Below are positions 60,066-64,000 of a stretch of 64,000 nt of DNA, one piece after another. A model generated the notes under the pieces. The model was not told the DNA's origin. It saw nothing but the letters and a program-made list of their open reading frames with translations, and ran no database searches. The translations under genes and the position numbers were made by a program. Position 1 is the stretch's first letter, and each line of letters starts with the position of its first letter. Location of the stretch: the NCBI GenBank assembly GCA_028826165.1, contig JAPDFW010000055.1, forward strand, positions 186,001 through 250,000. The letters are read 5' to 3'. Origin of the DNA: Anaeramoeba ignava BMAN (taxonomy: Eukaryota; Protista; Anaeramoebae).

Positions 60066-63000
60066 TTATCTTGAAAAGATGTCTTCAGTCCAACTATGGA
60101 AATCATATCCATCATCAACTTGTGGTGCTGTTTGGATAATATAGTTAATATCTTGATCATCCATTACTAATTCCATTAAATCTTTTTTAGCAACTTTAAA
60201 TCCTCTGTTAATTAAAACAAATGAATTAATAACTTCATCTTTGGTATCTGAATCTCCAAAAAGAACAATCATGAATTCTTTAAATCTTTCATAGGAAATA
60301 TCTTTTCCATCTCCATATTCTTCCATAATTTTTGTGATTTCTTTAGGTGTTCTTTCTTCTCCAAGTGAATACAAACATGCTGTTAATTCTTTTCTATCAA
60401 TAGTTCCTGAATTATCAAAATCAAATTGTTTGAAATTTTCTTCAATTTCTTGCATTTGTTCTGCTGTAATTCCTCTCAATTTTTGATTTTCAATTTCTTC
60501 TTCTAACATTTTCTTTTTACGATTTAAGAAATTTTCATATTGCTCCCATTGAACTAATAAATCTTTAAGTGTTAAAGTTGTGTGTCTATTGTTTTGAATT
60601 CCTGCTTTATCCATTTTACTTTGTAAATCTTGAAGTGGTTCAAGTTTACTTTTTTCTGTTGATAATCCTGTAATGCATTTGTTAACAAATTCAAGTTGAT
60701 TTTGAAGTGTTTCTTTTGACTCTGTGATTTTATCTTTTTGTTCTGAAATCCATTTAAATAAAGGATCAGCTACATCTGCAAATTTCTTACAAAGTGCATC
60801 ATTATCTTTTTGTCTTTGAAGTTCAATTTCATAAGCTTTCATTCTTTCATTTAATGAATTCTTTAATGATTGTAAAGAATTATTAATATCTTCTAATGTT
60901 AATTTTGTATATGGATTTTTAATAACTTTGAGTGAATTCATTTCTTCTTTAGCTTTTTCACATTCTTTTTTCATAACTTCAGCTCTTGAAAGAACTTCTT
61001 TTTCATTATCTTCAATAACTTTCTTAAATGATTCAACTTCATCAAGTGTAAATCCAAAATCTCTTAAACTTGCATTTTCAATTTCTAATTTAACAAATGC
61101 TCCAAATTCTGAAACTGAATTTGCAAATGCTAATCTAACTTTTTCTTTATCTGTTTCAAGTTGTAAACATTTATCTAAATATTCTTTTTTGATAATTGCT
61201 AATTTGAATAATTCTTCTAATTTATTATTCATATCATCATGTCTATCTGTAATATCTTTAAATTTATTCTCTCGGAAAGTTTTACCTTGATATTGAGTAA
61301 TATCATAAACATAATTTGATAATTCAGTTTCATATTTTTGTGCTATTGTTTCTTCTCCAAATTTATTCATTTCAATAACTCGTGTTTCTTTGATTGATTT
61401 ATATTCATTTGAATAAGTATCAAATAAATTAAGTTGTGTTTTTGCTTCACTAACTGAATTAATTTCTTCTCTGAATTCTAAATATGTTTTCTTTAGTTTT
61501 GAACCAATTTACCAATTTATCAAATTTATCTTTATGATCAACATTCATTTGTCTTACTTTTTCAATAAATTCTTCTCTTTTTAAATGATCATCAAGAATT
61601 GCTTTTTTGATTTCTGCTAATTTAGATAATTCTTCTAATTTATTATTCATATCATCATGTCTATCTGTAATATCTTTGAATTGATTTTCTCCAAAGATTT
61701 TACCTTGATATTGAGTAATATTGTAAACATAATTTGATAATTCAGTTTCATATTTTTGTGCTAATATATCTTTTCCAAGTTTATTCATTTCAACAACTAA
61801 TGTTTCTTTGGTATTTTGATATTCATTTGAATAAATATCAAATAAACTTAATTGATTTCTTCCTTCTCCAACTGAATTAATTTCTTCTCTTAATTCTAAA
61901 TATGTTTTCTTAGTTTCAAACCAATTTACCAATTTCTCAAATTGATCTTTATGTTCAACATTCATTTGTCTTACTTTCTCAATAAATTCTTCTCTTTTCA
62001 AATGATCATCAAGAATTGCTTTCTTGGTTTCTGCTAATTTAGATAATTCTTCTAATTTATTATTCATATCATCATGTCTATCTGTAATATCTTTAAATTG
62101 ATTTTCTCCAAATGTTTTACCTTGATATTGAGTAATATTGTAAACATAATTTGATAATTCAGTTTCATATTTTTGAGCTAATATATCTTTTCCAAGTTTA
62201 TTCATTTCTGCAACTGATGTATCTTTTGTGTTTTGATATTCATTTGAATAAATATCAAATAAACTTAATTGATTTCTTGCTTCAACTGAATTAATTTCTT
62301 CTCGAAATTCTAAATATGCTTTTTTATCTTCAAACCATTTAACTAATTTCTCAAATTGATCTTTATGTCCATCATTCATTTGTCTTACTTTCTCAATAAA
62401 TTCTTCTCTCTTTAAATGATCATCAAGAATTGGTTTTTTGATTTTTTTTAATTCTTCTAATTTTTCAAATTTTTCTTCAATTTCTTTATCATGTTTTTCA
62501 ATATTTTCTTGATATTCATATTTTTCTTGTTTTAATTCTTCAGATAATTTCTTTAAATTAGCTACTCCAGTTTTGATCATTGTTTCATTTTCTTTTTCAT
62601 AACTTTCAAGTAATCTTAATTGTAATAATGCTTCAGAAACTGATCCAATTTCTTCTCTAAATTCAAGATATTCTTGTTTTTGTTTGCAATAATCAATTAA
62701 TTTATTGTATCTTGATTCATGTTGTTTTGAAATATTAACAAGTTTGATTTGTCGATTTAATTCATTATGGAGTGCTACTTTTCTTTCTTGTTCACATTCT
62801 TCTAAATGAAGCATATCTTTTTCAATATCTTTCAATGAACATCCAATTTCAGCTTTAAATTCAGGTCTTTTATGATGTGATAATCTCATTGCTAAATTAT
62901 TATAATTTGATTCAAGATTTAATTGATCTGCAATTAATGAATTTTTATCTTTGGTTTTATATTCATAAAATTTTTCTAATCTTGATTTAGCTCCTTCCAT

Positions 63001-63891
63001 TGTATTATCAATTGTTCGATCTTCAAGAACTTTTTCTGATTTTTTAAGAACTTCTTTGAAATTTTTTGCTGTTTTATTGTATTCTGATTTAAGTCTATCA
63101 TTTTCTTTGGTTAAATTGATTAATTTTTTGATTCTTCTTGCTGCTAAATCAAGTTTTCTTTGTTCTGCAATTCCATAATAATATTCACTAACATAAACAA
63201 CCATTGAGTTTTCATCTAATTTTCGAATTTCATCAGGTGTAATATATTTCTCCAATCCAAAATATTTCTCAGCTGCATCTTGTGCAATTTGTAAATTTTT
63301 AATTGGATCATTTGAATTTAAACTATTAAAATCAATTAATTTAGGTCTGTGTTTGTGAATAATTGCGCATAAGGCTAATCCATCTGCAAAACTTTTTTTG
63401 AAATCAGTAACTCCAACATTTTTATAACTTGCAGTTTTGTTTTTACACCACATTAATAAAGCATCTTTAGCATTTAATGATTCACCTCCACTTTCATCAT
63501 CAATTTTAATGTATTTCATCATGATTCCCCAAGTTAAAGCTAATGCTGCTCTTACATCTCCTTGTTCAAGTTGCTCTGCTGATGGTTTTACTTTCATATC
63601 AACTCCTTTATTCCATGCAAATTTTAAAGCATTGTTTAAATTATCAATTCTGTGAACTGACATTTTAGGTTTTGGATTGATTTTTCCTTCATATTTTGAT
63701 TCACTTAAAACTTCAATTAAATTCAAAAGAACCAATCCATCTTTATAATCATCAACAACATCATTTACTATCATTTCAGGTCTTGTTCTTAATAATTTTT
63801 GTTTAACCCATCTTGAGAAAATTTTTCTTTGTAACATAACCCATTCTTGACTTTTGGGTCCAGTTCTTCCACTTCTTCCAGTTCTTGACAT
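60066..63891 (-). CDS. Alpha-actinin-like protein (2 CH domains, rod with ~140-aa internal tandem repeats, C-terminal EF-hands); frameshift at ~61493
   Basis: WVMLQRKIFSRW, DGLVLLNLIEVLS, AKDALLMWCKNKT, DFKKSFADGLALCAIIHKHRPKLIDF; C-terminal GITAEQMQEIEENFKQFDFDNSGTIDRKE. One extra base versus the sister repeat (ctttag versus cttag) splits the two ORFs. Confidence 0.92.
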
Positions 63892-64000
63892 TTTTGTTTG
63901 TTTTTTTTAATAATAATTAAAGTGTGTTTTTGTTTGTTTTTTAATTAAATTGTGTGTTTTTGTTTTTTTGTTTGTTTTTTAATTAAATTTTGTGTTTTAT

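Noticed and set aside
18140-61500. Five frameshifted genes (ASC-1 ~18148, ACS ~23393, LamG copy 2 ~41831, kaptin ~59085-59150, actinin ~61493) as programmed frameshifting or pseudogenes
   Set aside because: Directions are mixed, there is no shared slippery motif, most lie in homopolymers or tandem repeats, and both sides are otherwise intact. Long-read consensus error is the simplest explanation; short reads or RNA-seq would settle it.
4216-63891. Inteins or Hint domains (reported to be abundant in Anaeramoeba)
   Set aside because: I saw no C/S...HN-C/S/T bounded insertion or LAGLIDADG motif in any reconstructed protein.
1-64000. tRNA, rRNA, telomeric repeats, transposase or reverse transcriptase genes, alternative genetic code
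   Set aside because: I found no GC-rich structured RNA-like segment, G-rich telomere unit or mobile-element enzyme motif. Spliced genes have no in-frame stops, and TAA, TAG and TGA all serve as terminators.

Overview
Extremely AT-rich eukaryotic (protist) nuclear DNA using the standard genetic code. It holds about 18 protein-coding genes interrupted by GT-AG spliceosomal introns; I reconstructed 24 introns by hand. Nearly every large intron and intergenic gap is filled by a tandem repeat (units of 6, 8, 9, 10/11, 12, 17, 20, 24, 33, 53 and ~144 bp), mostly private to one locus. Genes in order: a Crinkler/RHS-like P-loop NTPase + restriction-endonuclease-fold protein (runs off the left edge, absent from the ORF track); ankyrin-BTB-BTB protein; NAK kinase fused to a Sla2/HIP1-type ANTH domain; myristoylated EF-hand protein; arginine deiminase; ASC-1/TRIP4/Rqt4 zinc-finger protein; F-box protein; APH-family phosphotransferase; ZZ-like finger + acyl-CoA synthetase; MARK/SNF1-type kinase; atypical RNase T2 plus a decayed copy; two tandem LamG-like secreted proteins; guanylate kinase; Sec23; TBC1D5; kaptin; and an alpha-actinin with internal ~140-aa repeats. 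The metamonad-type arginine deiminase, a Trichomonas-like TCA(T/C)TTT initiator motif and the ANK-BTB-BTB gene suggest an anaerobic metamonad such as Anaeramoeba (inference, not verified). Five genes carry single frameshifts, most likely long-read consensus errors. The most notable signals are the NTPase-REase effector-like gene, the NAK-ANTH fusion, the strand-specific and tandemly amplified initiator motif, satellite-inflated introns with WAG acceptors, a 24-bp two-site-variable array with higher-order structure, and A-to-T compositional polarity across exons. All protein assignments are from motif recognition, not database searches.
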